Assembly (NCBI RefSeq): GCF_004010195.1
Contig: NC_057751.1
Coordinates: 18,011,325-18,075,324, forward strand
Length of the DNA: 64,000 bases
Reading direction: 5' to 3'
Source of the DNA: Chiloscyllium plagiosum
Lineage: Eukaryota
Shown: in pieces, positions 61,883 through 64,000 of the stretch
How the letters are laid out: every line of letters begins with the position of its first letter
Position numbering within the stretch: the stretch's first letter is position 1
Notes under the pieces: generated by a model
Databases searched by the model: none
What the model saw: the letters and a program-made list of their open reading frames with translations, nothing else
Told to the model about the DNA's origin: nothing
Position numbers and translations under genes: made by a program

Positions 61883-63181
61883 TATTATGAAGTTCTGGGT
61901 GTACTATACCTTTATGGGAACCGGACTTTCCGGCTTGCATAGTGTTCTGAACAAGGTAACAATGTAACACTTGGTCAAAGAACTATCGAGGAGCTGTGTT
62001 GCCTGGATTAAACAAAAAACAAATTCAAATTCGGCCAATCAGTTTAAAATACGCCCCAAGATACAAAACTCCAATCAAATTTGAATATGCTGTTTAGACA
62101 ATATTGAAACCTATGAAATGATCCGATGTTTTGGCTTTTAAATATCAGTTACACAGAGCGTCAAAGTGCGAGATAGATAACTGCTAAAAGAACAACAGAT
62201 GTTGGCTGCTAGTAACAACACTCTGAAATGCACGTGCCTGGAGAAGGAGTTTGCACAGAAAAAGAAATAACATCGAATTTTTAGCGTTCATTAGCAGAGG
62301 GATTGAATTCAAGAGTCGTGAAGTGATGTTGCAGCTGTACAGGACCTTTGTTAGGCCACATTTGGAGTACTGTGTGCAGTTCTGGTCGCCTCACTTTAGG
62401 AAAGATGTGGAAGCTTTGGAGAGGGTGCAGAGAACATTTACCAGGATGTCGCCTGGAATGGAGAATAGGTCGTACGAGGATAGGTTGAGAGTGCTAGGCC
62501 TTTTCTCATTGGAACGGAGAAGGATGAGGGGTGACTTGATAGTGGTTTATACGATGATCAGAGGAATAGATAGAATAGACAGTCAGAAACTTTTCCCCCG
62601 GGTACAACAGAGTGTTACAAGGGGACATAAATTTAAGGTGATGGGTGGAAGGTATAGGGGGAATGTCAGGGGTAGGTTCTTTACCCAGAGAGTGGTGGGG
62701 GCATGGAATGCGCTGCCTGTGGGAGTGGCAGAGTCAGAATCATTGGTGACCTTTAAGTGGCAATTGGATAGGTACATGGATGGGTGTTTAAGCTAGGATA
62801 AATGTTCGGCACAACATCGTGGGCCGAAGTGCCTGTTCTGTGCTGTATTGTTCTATGTTCTATTTTCTAAGAGAAAATCTACACAGGAATGCACAAAGAG
62901 AAGATTCGAAGTTTTGTTTTATGATTTTTGGGTAAATCTTAATCGGAGGCTTTATTGGACCTGCACAGTAGAGGGGAAGGTAAAAGGTTTAGAGAAAGGA
63001 TTTGTAAATAGTTGTTAGTTAATTATTCGTTGTTAGAGTTCTTAACTTTTGTTAGATTTTGCTTTAAATAGTGATTTTTGGGGTAGTTCCTTCCGTCTTG
63101 AATTTTAACAGACCACTATGGGGTAACTCTTTTCTGTGTTGCTGCTTTAAATTAGTAGATGGCTTACGCCATGTCGCAACA
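61883..63181. mobile_element. Solo-LTR-like repeat, family B, inside a minus-strand CR1 and split by a young CR1
   Basis: Similar to 21982-22665 and ends GTCGCAACA. CR1 flanks (61620-61880, 63182-63320) rejoin. Confidence 0.6.
62277..62869 (+). mobile_element. Young 5'-truncated CR1 LINE
   Basis: Uninterrupted LAFISRGIEFKSREVMLQLYRTFVRPHLEYCVQFWSP..FFTQRVVGAWNALP..; (TTCTATG)n tail. Confidence 0.93.
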
Positions 63182-63329
63182 AATCTCACCTTAAAATTAT
63201 GCCCACTAGTTCTGGACTCACTTGTCTTGGCAATATTCACTGAATCCATGTTTCACGTGATTTTATAAATCTCTAGCAGATCTGCGCTCAGCCTGCTATG
63301 CTGCTGGAAAACAAGCCTGACCTCTTAAG

Positions 63330-63980
63330 AAGAAAGAACAATTCCGCACAGGAAAAGACTCTTAGGCCCTCGAAACCTGTGCCAACATATTTTTCCCTTT
63401 CATGTTAAAACTGCGTTCACTTTCAGGATCTGTATCACATTATTCCCTTCCAAATCATATATATATATATATATATACATAGCTGTGTCTTGAATGTTCG
63501 TGTGGTGTCATCTCTGGCAGACATTCGGGGCACCCACACTTTGTATGGAACATTTGCCTGGCACATTTGTTTTCGATATCTTGCCCACACTTTGAACTTA
63601 TCTCTTTTCGTACTTCACCTCTCCACTCTATCCGTGCTAGTCGTGAACCTATGAACTTCTGTCAGGTTGCCCCCCCCCCCCCCCCCAGCTTCTTGTGTTC
63701 CAATGAAAACAGACTCAATCAACCCAACTTTCTGGTAAAATCATAGAGTCTTAGCTTCGTATAACACTGAAGTGGATGTTTCGGTCCAGCCAGTCGATGC
63801 CGACTCTAATCCTAAACTAAACTCATCCCACCTGCCTGTTCCTAGCCCATGTCCTTCGACACCTTTCCTAATCCTGTAGCTAATCAAATGCCTATGAAGC
63901 ATAATAATTTTACCAACATCCACCACTTTGTTGGGAGATCATTCCACATTCCGACCATCCTCTGTGTAAGTAATGATCCT
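63330..63980 (-). mobile_element. CR1-clade 3' fragments with (AT)n and poly-C tracts
   Basis: tcatagagtc tail at 63741 and atcccacctgcctg pattern; (AT)n at about 63457-63477. Confidence 0.7.
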
Positions 63981-64000
63981 TTCGTGTCATTTTGACAAAT

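Noticed and set aside
62251..62796. 181-aa ORF as a host gene
   Set aside because: It is the C-terminus of CR1 ORF2 from a truncated insertion.

Overview
Eukaryotic, repeat-dominated genomic DNA, almost certainly from a cartilaginous fish (shark or ray). This is inferred from HE1-type V-SINEs with (TCTAA)n tails, HER1/CR1 LINEs and shark-type NLR and GPR139-like genes. No intact protein-coding gene is supported. Host-gene content is two tandem-duplicated NACHT-LRR (NLR) pseudogenes and two, probably three, GPR139-like orphan GPCR pseudogenes. These sit among nested CR1, Rex1-like, Gypsy, solo-LTR, SINE and Penelope-like (PLE) insertions. The most interesting signal is a dispersed family of about a dozen short PLE-terminus elements carrying a minimal type-I hammerhead ribozyme motif (CTGANGA-stem II-GAAACGTC). 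Several are inserted as 90-210 bp units or long fold-backs with 11-18 bp target-site duplications, break just outside the ribozyme core, and keep stem II fixed while its loop varies. Family assignments come from manual motif recognition, not database searches, and boundaries of old repeats are approximate.
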